Source of the DNA: Basidiobolus meristosporus CBS 931.73
Taxonomy: Eukaryota; Fungi; Basidiobolomycota
NCBI GenBank assembly: GCA_002104905.1
Contig: MCFE01000012.1
Coordinates: 1-64,000 of the forward strand
Length of the DNA: 64,000 nt
Reading direction: 5' to 3'
Below, piece by piece: positions 27,792 to 42,107 of this stretch. Under the pieces are notes generated by a model that saw only the letters and a list, made by a program, of their open reading frames with translations, made no database searches and was not told the DNA's origin. The translations under genes and the position numbers were made by a program. The first letter of the stretch is position 1; every line of letters starts with the position of its first letter.

Positions 27792-28783
27792 ACAATATGA
27801 ATGCAATTTCCTCCCATTTTTTGCGCGGAATCTCTAATGCTATTAAGAATAAATGCTCATAACCAATTCGCGATTAGCCTGATACATAATGTTCCTGGTA
27901 TTATAGGTGGATCTGAACCGCTTTAACACATTCCATTAAGTGGCGATCCAGAATATTCGAGTACGATAGAATTGAAAATTTGTCCCCTCAAATACCCCAA
28001 TTGGCCCACGTCATCACGAAAATCGCCGCTTGCGAAATACATCGGGTGTTCCGGTTTTGAAAAGATAAACAGCCGAAATATCAGCTGTTGGAATTTTTCC
28101 ACCGTAACCTCGCTTGTAACAGGTGTTGTTTGGCTGCCAGTGCCATAACAGCGTATATACGAGCGTAGAGTAAACATTCCTCAATGCCACGCTCTCACAT
28201 CTAGCTGAATTTTATTCGGTTTCGAGCAGTTCGTCGTCATATTGATCTAACGGATATATGACCGGGTAATTGAAGGACATTCGACCTTTACTCAGCAGCC
28301 AGAAATCCGTTTATTCCACTTGTTGTTTACTTGAGCAACAAGGAAGGTATTGTGCTCAAAACATAAATTAGCTGATGAGTATTTCGAAACTTTTCGTGCT
28401 TCATATAATGGTAGTGTATTGCAACGGCTGACACGATATCAAGAGCTTTCTACAGATAAATCGATTAGGAAATACTCTTAGAGTCAATAGTTTGTTTATT
28501 ACAACAGAGTCGAATGAACGATATATATTTCTCAAGTAAAGGCGAGCTGGATTTTATTTTGTTATTTAGCTCGCTATCATGTCGCTTTATTTGATGCTAT
28601 AATGCAAGATTTAGTTCACATTATTGATGAATTTGTTAATACATTTGGGGTTGAAAAGTTAAGCCATCATAAGTAATTTATTATCATCACCTAACGATTC
28701 ACTCACTGGAGAAGTAATTTGATGTAAAATGGATATTAGCTTCAGGTTATAGCCATGGATATGCCGCCTCCACGACATGGTTG

Positions 28784-28806
28784 GTGTGTGTGTGTGTGTG
28801 TGTGTG
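28784..28806. repeat. (GT)11 microsatellite
   Basis: Direct reading of the sequence. Confidence 0.97.
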
Positions 28807-29624
28807 CAAACAGACTCCCTCGTTACAACGACAACATGAAAGCCAACAGAAAACCATAGGCTGGGAGTACCACTAAGGTGGTCGCTACCGTAAAATTCCC
28901 ACTGGTTTTAAAGGGAATGCTAAGGTCTAGATCGCGACCAAAGCTACGTCGTCTCAAGGTACCCAAGACTAACATCCCAATGCCCATTGCGATATATACC
29001 AAGCCTATCTTGTAGAACTCGCTGGTGAAGACTCGGAGAATGATTACACCCGAACCAAAGGCACTTAAGGCTGAACGCCAGTAAGCTCCATCAAAAGTAC
29101 GTTCGCGAGCTATTTAAACAACGGTTTACTTTTGGGACCGCTTTTCTGAAAAAAACTCATAAAAAGTAGATATTGTCGGAAGCTTACCTCTAACTTCCAG
29201 TAACTCATCGTCCGTGAGGCCAGATAGTGCTTGTACATAGTTTGTCATGGCTGCTCTCAAGGAAAAAACGACTACTCAAAATGGCTCAAGAAGGTTAAAT
29301 ACTGGCCAAAGCAAACAAATTATCCATCCATCTTCCATTTTGCACATGGCCAGGCCGGATATGGTATTGAAGGTGAATCATACAGGAATTCATCCTATTT
29401 GCCAGTTGTTTCAGCATTATAAAGTTTTATGGTGCAAGGTTTCGGGGCCAGTCATATTTGCCGCACCTGAGAAACCATTTGACCCAATTCATGATGAATA
29501 TAACAACAATGGTTAAGGTAATTGATGATTAATATACATTGCTGCATCCTTTTTATTAGGCTCAGGGTGCAATCAAAGAAAATACTCTATACGATCCCTT
29601 TTCTCAAGCAAAAGGTAAAAGAAT

Positions 29625-30358
<734 letters not shown>

Positions 30359-31664
30359 TTTGATGTTGATTAAAAGCGAAGAGAAGTATGAAGGAATGGG
30401 GACTTTCTTCCGTCATAAGTCATACCACCGATATTTATAAGATTTCCCTGACATGATGTTGCGTACCAGGATATTTTTTTTCTTTTGCTATCACCAGAGA
30501 CGCGATGTAATTGGCCGGATGGATCATGACGAACTGGGGTATTTATTTCCAATTGTTCTGCTAGATTAATACGATTGCAGTTGGATGCAAAACCAGTTCG
30601 GAATACATTATCTGCTTGCTGGGGAAAAGCTTAGAATTCATCAGGTAAGGAAAGAAGTTTGTGTTTGCTCCGTTAACCGCCTATATCTGGTTATTGCAAG
30701 GCGAACATACGGGTAGACAACCTATCCAAGTCAAATATGTATTCTATTATAGATCAAGCATGCATGAAATAACGGAATCAGGGCTATCACAATTGGAAAC
30801 CACCAAATTCGAGTACGCCCTAGACCGATTATGTATTTCCATTTTGATCCTTCAAAATGTTGCCATTTTTAACTCGAAGGCTTTATCTCGTTTTTGGTGC
30901 AGCCAATGGCCACATCAGTTACCGAGTTGGTAAGATGTTTTGGAATGCAAGGCATGCCACACGCCATCAATAAATTTGTGTCAACACTTGAAGTGGTCTT
31001 CTGGGTTCCTGGTAAAAATATATTCTCTTCAAAAGGTCTTACAGAAGGTGCAAAAAAATTCGTGAACGATGGTGCCCAGACACCCATCGGATCGGTATTA
31101 ATTAGTGGAGTTTCATGCCGTGCAACGACTGTGAGTAAAGACGAAGAATTCGGTTATCTCGGATCGCTGCTATGGAGTATCGGAGCTGAGCCGAATGTCG
31201 CTCTCCCCAGCAAGGATCAGTTAGGATCGGTTGGGTTTGGTCCGAGAAGTTTTTTACCGATAGAAAATGTTTCAACGACAGCTATTGGATTATCGGTGAA
31301 ACCATACAATTCACACTTGTGCATAGTGTATTCAATATTACGGCCCACATATCAAGAGCTCAGAAGCTGCATTCATACTAGGGTGATTCATGAGTGAACG
31401 AAACCGCCTCGTGGAGAGGTCATTTTCTATAGGTTTAAGGTGCTTTATTGCAATAACGAAAGATAAGTGTGATAAACGTGAGGAAGCAAAAAGAGTGGTT
31501 TCAAATAACTCGGAGAATATGTGATATCCTTGGATAATCAAGTAGTAAGAATGGATTGGAGGCTGATGCTTACTTGCGGGAGTTTTCCAACTTAGGTTGA
31601 GGTTACGTAAAAGGTCAGGATATTACCAATCTAATTTTATGTTACAAGACGAACATTGTCGGGC

Positions 31665-32207
31665 TTAGGAAGAGGCAGTGGCAGTCCCGTTACCATTGGC
31701 AGATCCAGAGTTTGAGAAGCGCTCTTTGATATTTTTTGCGGTGTTTTGAACTGGGGTAACAACATTCTGGTTGAGGCTGTCAAGAACCTCGTTTGTTGGG
31801 GCCTTCACGATTGGGAACTTGGCCTCAATGAAATCCAGCGAGCGGCAGCCTAACTCATCAACTTTAGAGATGGGCCCTTGCAGACGGGCTTGATAGGGCT
31901 CAGAAAGCTTGTAGAGGCTATTCGCAGCATTTTCAACTGTGGTAGCTACTTTGTTAATATACTTGGCATTAGGATCGTGTACATATGAGGAAACCAATTC
32001 GATTCCGTCGTGAACTAAGGGAATAGAGATGACACGCTTGACAAATCCTGGCTCTTCCTCTTTGTGAGAGCCATTCGTTCCGTTCTGGGGTTTGCCGTTA
32101 TCGACATTGGAAGAGTCGTCAGACAATTGCTGGTCGTTTCCTTGATCTTGGTTTTTGATGGCGGCGTTGTTATTTTCCTGGCTAGAGTCTTGCGAGATGG
32201 CAGGCAT
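31665..32207 (-). CDS. Perilipin-family lipid droplet protein
   Basis: PAT-domain-like segment VKRVISIPLVHDGIELVSS...ISKVDELGCRSLDFIEAKFPIVKAPTNEV. Confidence 0.8.
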   Translation of the reverse strand: MPAISQDSSQENNNAAIKNQDQGNDQQLSDDSSNVDNGKPQNGTNGSHKEEEPGFVKRVISIPLVHDGIELVSSYVHDPNAKYINKVATTVENAANSLYKLSEPYQARLQGPISKVDELGCRSLDFIEAKFPIVKAPTNEVLDSLNQNVVTPVQNTAKNIKERFSNSGSANGNGTATASS

Positions 32208-33181
32208 GGCGATTAAGTATGATACGGTGGGTCCTTAAGTGGTTGGGATTTAGAAAGCCTGACAACAATTATCAAGCTCTTTATAGATGCTGAATTGGAG
32301 ATATTTACTAGGGTCTTGAAAGCCACTGGTTGGCATGAGTAAGAGCAGAGGTAAGGGAATGATGAAACATGAGTTTATCCATCAAGAAGTTACATTTAGC
32401 CGCACACTCACCACAGAAATAGCTAGTTTTTGTGAGAAATTCCGTCACTTTCATAATTGAAACCTGTATATTGATGGGGTTTTTTTACATATGCCTTTCT
32501 TTACATCTATTCATTGCCTCATTCGTGTGCTGCATCACCATAACTCTTTTGATTTTGTATGGGTTATATATTTCAAATTAGCAAATTATCTTGATCATAC
32601 CGGCGAGCGTAATGCTCTTCGATGGTTTCTAAAATCTAAGCCACCAGTGTTGATATTCATGTGTAAATTGGCATTTATAAAAATAGAATCAACTATATAT
32701 GTACAAGAGAGTATTCTATATGTGATCTGTAGTAGACTGATGAATTGGAGCATGATATGTCCCACAATACCAGCTGGTGAACTCATATCTTACTGAAGCG
32801 ACCCCGAGAATGGGGTGATCAAAAGATGTCTGGGGGGCGAGATATAGCCACCTCGTTACAGCTATAAGGGTGAGTGTTTGTAGGTGGCATAGTGAAGTAG
32901 TATGCCATGGCGCTTGGACATTCACGGATGCTTGTCTGCAGTAACAAGCGACATGTGTTGAAGACTTGTTGGCTTATAGCCAAATTCAAGCGCTATTTTG
33001 AAACCAATCGAAGAGGTTAGTTAGGTCCTCCTGGAACAGTGTGGCTGATTCGATTCGTTTCACCAACTACACTGATGTTTCAGCTGATGATGCTTGCTTT
33101 GCGTGTATAATTTCAAAAAAGGGCGGCTGAGGTTCGGAAAAGATAGTTGTTGATCTAGTAGATTGAGGCTTATAAGGAACA

Positions 33182-33870
33182 TCAACTCTCTTTTCCCTTG
33201 GCGTTACTCGAGGTGAGTGACTCCGCCATGAACAGTTTTGCTTGCTCGCAACTGCGCATAATTTCCAGCTCAGTTATGCACCCATCCATGCATGATACAG
33301 CATTACATGTGTACCATGAATGTAAACCTTTAGTATGCATATGAATCATATTTATAAGGAGTGGGCGATTTTTTGGATCTTGAGGTACTGATGGATTATC
33401 ATATGAAAGCACGGGTGCATACGTGCAAAAACCAGGAGCCGAGTTTATGACTTGACCATATAAGGATTCGAAAGTCACTAAGATTGGTGATATCCCTGTC
33501 TTACATAATGTGTAAACAGGTAGAGCAATTTAAACTTAGTGGGATGCAGCACTTGGACGATGTGAGGTCGCGACTTGAATCTGATATTTTTGTGAGCGGC
33601 AAATCGTCCCTAGCGGGATATTCCACGAGAAACTCTAGTTTTGGGGTCGAGAATATTCCTTCACATCATTTGAAATATTGAACAACGAAGGCCACTTACA
33701 GTCCAGTATATCGGGATATCGTGTATACAAATCATACAACAAGGTTCCAGAAGTGAACTCAGAGGTTCCTCTAAAGCTACCATGGTGTAATGGTGGATAA
33801 TTGAATATATCCAATTGCCATTACTTTTGGTGTCATGTGTATTCGTATCAAAGAGGTAGGCAAGCATACG
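33182..33870 (-). CDS. Hypothetical multi-exon protein
   Basis: Open segments are joined by gtaagt...aag and gtaaga...tag intron-like sequences; the last exon is 98 aa. No family recognised. Confidence 0.4.
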
Positions 33871-36329
33871 TACAGTAGCATAGTATTAGTGAGATTATGA
33901 CTACGGCACCCAATTAAGTACGATGGCTCTATTTTAGTCTACTTGTCTGTATTCTATCACTTACTAGATAATACCTTTAGTCCCTGGCTGACGCAACAGC
34001 GTGCCCAAATTACAAGTCTTCAGTTCCAGCACCTTTGGCGATAAGCTGAAAGGGTCGCTCTTATCGCAGATACTGCTATATCAGAGATTAACGATTACTA
34101 TCCTGTTAATTCTGGGACTTGAAATTCGTTATCAACTCGATCTATCGTTGATCTGCAATGGAGACTAATTTATTATTGTACATGGACATCAATCTCGAAA
34201 GTTGATTCCGGAGCATATCCATATTAATCCTGATGCACTGTACAATAGGGTGGCTTATCGTTATATAGGTATTGACTAATGCTAAGGATGTGCACTATTT
34301 CTCATAAAACGTTGTCATGTCGTGTGATTAATCATGCTTCCCAATAGTTTATCAATATATTCAAGAATTGGCTTGATATATTCAGTATATCTGCTTAACA
34401 TACAACTTCCCTAGATCAAACTCAAGTTAGGGCCACTACCAATATACAAAATCTTGCCTAAAGAAAGGCCGATCATGTTGAGGTCTCATTCCAAACCTTA
34501 CTTCCTCAAAAGGGGGCACCTTGAGCAGCCCATGGAATAGACCAACTAATCGCTAATCTTTTGGGAAAGCAGAGAATAGCACCTGGTTTGGGTAGTACAC
34601 GTACAAACCACCACTTGCCATTTGAATGCATCCAACATGCTTTTAGTGCTATCTAACCAAGTTTCCGTATTAGGAGAGTGCGGCGTAGATCTGTTGGATG
34701 TTAAAACTTCAGTATTCTCATCTACATACGAATCACACTACACTATAGAAGAGTAGGACGAATTCAAGTTGATCATGGTTTCATGGAAACAGAATAAGAG
34801 CATCGTAGGTAGCAACTGGCAGCATTGTTTTATGGGCGAATATCGTATTTTCTGAACATATATAATCTCTACACCAATTCGTTAAGGAGGGAATAAACAA
34901 CCTCTATGATTACTGACAAGTTGCTGCATATCGAACCGCCACCGAGAAAGAGAGCCAGGTATTATTACTAATCGCAGCATCACGTATGGTTTTCATTCTT
35001 TCATGATTCGGTAGGTTACTGAGAAAGAACTTATGGTTGGATGTATGGATGCATAAATATACAACATGATGGCGTATATAACAATAGCAAACAATATTGG
35101 TGTAGGAGGTATACCTATTCTTATTCTCAATGTAGTTTTTGCTTTGATTTCTGTTGAGCCCCCGTTTGCAATTCTAGACGCTTGGCGCGGACTAGTAGCT
35201 GAGCTACTTGGGTGAGCAAAATAATCTGCGCAACAATTAGAAAGATCCCTAATCGAAGTATTAGGAGTGGAAATTACCAGAATCAAGCTTGCGTTGCAAA
35301 TGATGGGAATGGCGTATACAATGAGTATAAAGAAACCGTGTGAATCGAAGTAGTTGGCCACACTAAATTTGTCCCAGTATAAATCTCCCAGATAGTTAAC
35401 ATGCTCCGAGGAAGCAGCGAGTAGGACTATAAGGAGTTTAGCTGAGAGCGTAAAAGTAGTTGATCGTGGAATACTTACTAAGTGTGATCAGGAGAACAGT
35501 CAGTAAAGATGACCGTTTCTTCACTAAGAGTATAACGAGGAACGTTCCCACATGAAAAGTCAGGAGGGATAATATCCAATACTGGTTCCAATTTACCTAA
35601 ATGTCAATCGCAACGGTAAACCTCCTGCCCACTATTAGAACCTCAAAAAAATTGTCTATACCGCATAGAAGAAACGGCGAATATCCGCCATCAAGCCACT
35701 TCCCTGAAGGGGTTCAATTAGATTATGCTTGAGACGGGCCAGATACAAAGCAGGAGCTACATCACTGTTTGTTAGTGCTTGAGCATGCTGAGTAAAGCTG
35801 GACCTAAAGCTGTCCAGTGAATGCTCAATATGCTCCCATATGTAGTTCATTTTACGTTCTCTACTACAAACTAGGCCTGAGGATAGCAAGAATTATGGTC
35901 TCGTAATGGTTGTCCAGGCTGATTTGTTGGATATTTAGCAAATTAATATAGAATTGCCTACCCAAAAGTATATAGCTTGATGATATCACCACGCAAGTCA
36001 TCCGACTTCAATAGCATCAACATAGGTGGTTTTAATATTGGCCAATTTTTCGGAATACTAATGAAGCATACATTAGCTGAATGAAGTCAGGCTTACATAC
36101 GCTTTGAGTGATATCAGTTACAAGCATATGTACTTTTAGCATCGAGAGAAAGACCCAGGCCCTAGAATGATTACTATTGCAAAACCGCCGATTAAATCAA
36201 ATTTGTCTTGAATCAAATGATAATGATATTTCAGAAGTTGACAAATGCTTATTTAAATATTATAGGGTTGTAGTGCTACTTTACCTCAAGAGCTCTATGT
36301 CAATTGGTGAATACTTAATTTAAGTTTTT

Positions 36330-37440
36330 TACTATACTCAAACTACTACCACATTCCTAGTTGCAATCAACTAGATTCCTAAGTCTTAGATGTAGTGCTC
36401 TCACAAGTCTCAAGTCAGTGTTTATCTTGCTGAAAATTATGTGCTTACCCCTAGATATTCCTTTGACTTGGTCACGGGATTTTAATTTTGTGACGGCCTT
36501 TGACAGGATCATTACAATTATTTTTCATAGGGTTAATGAATTATTGAATGTAAAAGTAGTATTTTTACTTTTACATGGTCTTGACATAGCAAACATGTAG
36601 AATATATTTACAAAGGTCCCAAGAGTATGTGTGCAAAGTTTGGGGCTGCTTGGACAACTTATCTAATTTTCATGTTCTGGGTACCTGATATTTTGGTGCA
36701 AATATTTAGTAAGCCCCTCCTGGGAATTTGGTCAGTATTCTCTAAGATTTGTAGGTAATGATCTAAGTGACTAAGTTTGGTGAATATTTAGGTGGAATTA
36801 CAAAATTTTACAACAGAAAATGCTTCCTTGACCACATTGCTGCTTTTGTAGCCTCACAGGCTGCTATATTCTCTGCCAGTGTGGTGGAAGGTGACACAGC
36901 TGGTTGCTTTCTTGAATTCCAAGATATTGCTGACTTGTGCTCATGAAAGATGTATCATGTGGTGGATCATCTGTCTTGTAAGTTTTGTCCCCAATCAGCA
37001 TCAGAGTATTCCACAGGATCCTGTTCTGAATCCTTACAGGTGTACATTAAGTAGATATTGGCAGTTCCTTTTAAGTATCTAAGTATCTGCTTAATTGCTG
37101 CAATATGATCAGATCCATAGTTTTGATTTTGCTGGTCTAATGTTTAGAGTTGTAGGTATTCTCACAAGTTGCAAAACATGGTGGTGTGTATACATCATTC
37201 TATATCCAATTACTATATTCCACCCCATTTAAACATTCCCAGTCATCTCCAAATATCTACTTGCACTTATGCTCTCAAAACTTTGAAGTTGGGGCCTTAG
37301 ACCAATTTTTGCTATATCCTGTACACATCCAAATGACTATTAAACTGGTACAAATGGTATTTTCTTGGCATTTCCATAATTTTCACGAGTTAACCAAATG
37401 ATCTCTAAATGCTCGCTAGTCTTGTCAAAATTTACATATT
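36330..37440 (-). mobile_element. Degenerate Ty1/copia LTR-retrotransposon relic (RT-RNase H junction)
   Basis: 36814-37107 translates HIAAIKQILRYLKGT..YSDADWGQNLQDR*STT*YIF..AISWNSRKQPAVSPSTTLAENIAACEATKAAMW, the typical copia RT/RNase H signature with in-frame stops. No LTRs were found; outer limits are approximate. Confidence 0.92.
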
Positions 37441-39101
37441 ATTTGTTAGATCCAACATTCTCCATCCATCGACATCTTTAAACTTTTCAAAATATCTATC
37501 TCTAAAATACAGTATCAACCAGCACAAACATGGCACAAAAATACCCAAGTGATGAAGTATTGGCTAATTGATAGGCACCCATTGAACATCTAAACAGCAC
37601 GTCTCGGAAGATAGTTTTGAAGTTTATTACCATGTTTCGAAATTTATTTTCAATATCAATTTTGGTTGCAACCACGAAACTAAATATGAAATTTGCGCAT
37701 GCGGATAATTGGTGCTACGTTAATTGTTTGCACAATAATTCGTGCACTTCTCAAAAACCTCATCCTCAGTCTGTAACAGCAACTTGGGAACTTTTGGCAG
37801 GTTTCACAATCGTCCGGACATCTTCACGATTCTGAGGTAGTGTCATGTTCAATTCACATATCTCACTAAATGGACCGTATTTGAAACCAAGATAACTGGT
37901 GAATTTATGTGCGAAATCTACTTTTGATGTTCTCGCTCAGCTGATCAAATTACTTGTATATCCTAAACTAGGCTTTTCTCAACACCCATAGAATTGTGTG
38001 AAAGCTATAGCTAGAGAAGAGGCAGCGTGAGTCTCCGAGACATGGGAATATTTCGATGAACCAAAGCTCAAGAGGGTCATCCGGTTAACTTACTACTGCA
38101 AATTTAAGACTATACAAGGATCTATTATTTCAAGATTCGAATGCCCATTGAATTTGCCACCTGAGGGTGGAGACCATTTGACTCCAATTAATGAACCTTG
38201 AGTAACGATGTGCCAATAATACTTTTAGCAACATTAACGCCATAGCACAACCAATATGAACCTGTAGAGCAATTTCGGGGCCACATGCAGCAAAATGGTA
38301 TGACATATATAGACCTGAGTAACTAACATTATCTAATCTTGCCCCATGATATACACATCCTGTCTCCCTTTGATTTGAAGAGTTTGCAAGAGCGTACAAC
38401 TAGCTGTGAGTAGTTGACATGGAGAATGCTCGTAATTCACAATTAGCATAGGATCACTGGGCTACCTCGATTCGCCATTGATGTGGAAACCACATCTATT
38501 TCCCTCGTTCAAGCTGCATGATCTAGCACGTATCTCTCCACCAGTTACACTCATCATGAGAAATCCCTTGCCGGGGTGTGCACTAGGAACGAATCCAAGA
38601 GTCTGCCAGTAGCGGATTGTTAAGCACTATGCGTTAACTGATCAGTAGCTGCCATATTGATTGTTCGCAAAAACGATACTGGTCTAATGAATGCTGCGCT
38701 GGTAATGAGCTATGAGGTCAATGGTGCGACACATTGCTGAATTTTACATGCTTGCAAATCTCACTGTTACCATTGGTGTATTTGTCTAGTGATTTATTTC
38801 GAAGAATCAAGATCGTTTCCAACTCTTGTGTTGCAAATAAACCCTCAATTAGTAATACTATATCAGTACCTCTCAGTAGGGAGCTCATCTAAGGTCTTGC
38901 TTGAAGAAGCCAGTAAATGTCGAGATTGCTGTGGTTCCTTCAACTCTCGTACGTTTTAATGAATGAATGCAAAGTCGATTCAAAATGCTCATCCAAGTCC
39001 AGTTTGTCGGAGGTTGTAACAGGAGGGCTCAAATGGGAATTAGGTTGGCAAAAAGTGTTCTTTTCAAAAATGCGCAGCGCGAAGGGATTAGGACTTGGCT
39101 G

Positions 39102-40169
39102 TCAACAATGTAGCACAGAGGGGGGACAGTGAGTAATCACATCGTATCTGTTGTTGAATTGATGTGTGGTCAGCCGATAGGTTTGATTGCAACCACAGTT
39201 GGGATAATCATACGACGAATACAATGTCATACACAGAAATATATATGTCCCACTAAAACCGAGGTTGAATAGTTTCATCAGAATGTCACAGAGCAACCGG
39301 TTGTGGGAATACCCCGAACCAACAAGTGTGTCGATATTTATGGCGAAGAGCGGTAACCCCATCATGATAATAGAGATACCCAGGTAGACATTCAGCTTGA
39401 GGGAGAATTCTAGCTTCGCTCTGGCTAAAGTGGCGATCTCAATCTGTTGTAGGGTTTTGCTGAGGCGGATCTGGTTGGCGATTGTGAAGCCTGTGAGGAC
39501 GATTGCTTCTATAAAAAGTGCGTTAGTAGTTGACCATGGGTCTCGCTTTCATTGGGACAATGTCCAGATTAACTTGTATTTACCTGAACTGAAAAACATT
39601 TGAGGGATGATCTGGATTGAAACTGGTTAAGCAGAGTTTAGGTGGATCTGTACCAGTGTAATGCTTACCGTGCTTTGAGTTTTGTCTCGTAGGTAAAAAA
39701 ACTGGAGTAAAGCGTATGCCGCAAAACTAAGACACGAGTATACAAGGTATAGGTGGAACTCGACGCTGTTCATGAATGGTTGCTTTGTGTATGGTTGCAT
39801 TATGAAATTCCAGGTTGCTTGGAAAAGAAATAGCGCGCAGGTTAAAAAGGCAAAGCTAAAATCGATGAACGAGTCACTTATAGGCAGCAGCTTCAAATGT
39901 TGTGTTGACCACAATTCCTTTGGTTTTGGAACCACACCCTCGCCGTCTATTATGTACCCTTCATTGTATTTGATGGAGGTGACAAGAATATCGTACACAA
40001 TGATCAATACGTTCGATATTAGCAGCAGTATAGTAATGATTGGGCGAAGCTCCCCTTTGCGGAATCTTTGAAAGCTCAAGGCCATTCGGATTCCGGCAAA
40101 CGCCTGTACGCGATACAGAATCCAGATAAACGCGAAAACATTGCATATTAGTCGGTCTACAGGATACAT
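39102..40169 (-). CDS. Uncharacterised multi-pass (about 7 TM) fungal membrane protein, multi-exon
   Basis: Successive hydrophobic segments: ICNVFAFIWILY, ELRPIITILLLISNVLIIVYD..IKYNEG..PKPKELW, FSFAFLTCALFLF, LVYSCLSFAAYALLQFF, VYLGISIIMMGLPLFAINID, LFNLGFSGTYIFLCMTLY. Confidence 0.75.
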
Positions 40170-41477
40170 AAATACGTTAAGATATGTCTCCGAGATGGAG
40201 CATATATCGTTTAGATACCCAAGTAAGTATAATCCGATAAATGAGTCATCTTCCACACAAATTGTCGACAACTGAAATGGTTAGAGATTCCTTGGACAGT
40301 GCACTATCGAAGAAGCAATTAACAAAGTTAGATTGAATCCAGAAGTGATGATTGCTTTCCTTTATATACTTCTGACAAGGATAAGCAGGTGGTGTGAGCT
40401 GTAGGCCAACAGGTTGAAAGCTGTTCAATGTCTCACATTGAACAAGACATCCAAATTTTGTCCAAAGCATTGAAAGGTTGTTGAGCAGTAAGTTCTGAAC
40501 AAACGTGATCACACTTGTCGATTCCAGCCAATTCAAGGATGATCCGATCATTTGTAGTGTTTGGCGCATCAATGCGGGTGAACATTACTGTATTACACCA
40601 AGGTACAACATGGTCCTGCAGAGCAGTTGTGGGTGCAAGGTTCCCTGACTTTCTGATACCAAATCTCGTTTTGAAAATAACTCTATGTGAACCATTAGTT
40701 TCTTTCAAAACTTGACCTCACTGTTTTCACATCATGTACAGGCAGCCACTAGCAGTCCGATTTAAACCAGCCTCAAACCTTGAAACAACCATTACCACTG
40801 GAGTCGTTGTACGGACTTGCCCAATGTGTCTCGGCAAGACGAAAGGTGGGAAATCATTTGAGTGACCTTAAATCTACATCTGGATTGACTTGTTACATAA
40901 CTGGACCTTCAGAGCCTCCACCTCCACTGTAAATAGAGCAAATAAAGGCAAAGATCGAATTAAGCCATTTGTGTAAATGATTAACCGAACAACTCAACTC
41001 TGAGGACCTTCCCTGCCATATTATGCTATCCCATGCTATGAAACCAACTGCTATTAGAACCTGCTACTTGGAGGAAAAAATCGGAATCAACCTGTGAAGT
41101 ATTATTCTCTGGGACTGATATCAAATCTTCATATTGGCAGTAGATGTAACCCAGCCTATTGTCGTGGGGTAAAATACTTGTCCCGGTCCAAGCCCATTCA
41201 GTTCAGTTAGCATGAGGATAATAGAGCAGTCAAAGAGTTTATTTGATTTGATGGCATAAATGTGATAATAACGATGATGGCAGTGTTGAATGAATTAGAT
41301 AAGCACATCTAGAAAGCTACTGTAGATCATATCGAACCCATTCAGCAATCGCTTGTATAGCAGTTTGTACAATGTTGACGTTGTGCTGTCCGCAGAATAT
41401 AGCAATCGTGCTATCTACTAAAATTCGGTGGGTTTGGTGTATTTCACGAGCTTTGAAGCTCGATAGTCTTCAGTGGT

Positions 41478-41849
41478 TTATAGAGTACTAGAGATAGCTT
41501 GAGATGAGTCACCAAGGGTGATCCTAGGCTCGCCCCCTTTTCCAACAGCACCTCTCCATGAATTCCAAAAACGAGACCAGAATTTTCCTTGTCTAAGCAA
41601 CATTGTGGAGATTTGGATGAACTTCCAGCCAAATCCTTGAAAAAATGGGAAAATAACATGATCTCTGATTATCAGTGTAACCGCAGTGCCAAATGTAAGC
41701 GACTTTTGCTGTGCGAGCTGTGAGGAAGGTCGATGAATTAGATCAATAGCTGCATCATCGGTGTCATCAGAAAATGAGCTGTCTGAATCGGAATCGTATT
41801 CTTGTCGTTGTAAGGCAAAGTTGGAATAGCGATGTAGCGAGGGATGCAT
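41478..41849 (-). CDS. Small fungal protein resembling DUF1770
   Basis: An acidic N-terminal stretch is followed by AVTLIIRDHVIFPFFQGFGW, which resembles the ITIRDQVxxPLxQGxxW pattern I recall for DUF1770. Confidence 0.55.
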   Translation of the reverse strand: MHPSLHRYSNFALQRQEYDSDSDSSFSDDTDDAAIDLIHRPSSQLAQQKSLTFGTAVTLIIRDHVIFPFFQGFGWKFIQISTMLLRQGKFWSRFWNSWRGAVGKGGEPRITLGDSSQAISSTL

Positions 41850-42107
41850 CTTCGGAGATTCGGTTTTGGTAAAACTTACTTTGCTTTCTAAATCTTTCCG
41901 ATAAAACGACTTCTATGAATATGGATAGCAGCTACTGCCGTCACTACGTAAGTGATAAATTTATCCCGATTTCAAGCAGCACATTTCCATCATCATTAGC
42001 AAGTATAAAAACGCACAATAATTGGATGGCACAATCAAATTATTCACCCGACCATATCTAGATATTTGTAAAGTTTGGGAACAGCACATCTTATTTAATC
42101 CACTGTT

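Noticed and set aside
30894-31397. 167-aa + strand ORF
   Set aside because: No recognisable motif or splice context; it may be real but cannot be supported.
34993-35361. 122-aa hydrophobic ORF on the - strand
   Set aside because: No family match; the hydrophobicity is expected from AT-rich codons.
40430-40720. Faint frameshifted resemblance to a fungal DNA-binding-like domain (IICSVW...VGARF...)
   Set aside because: Needs several frameshifts and has too few identities to be credible by eye.
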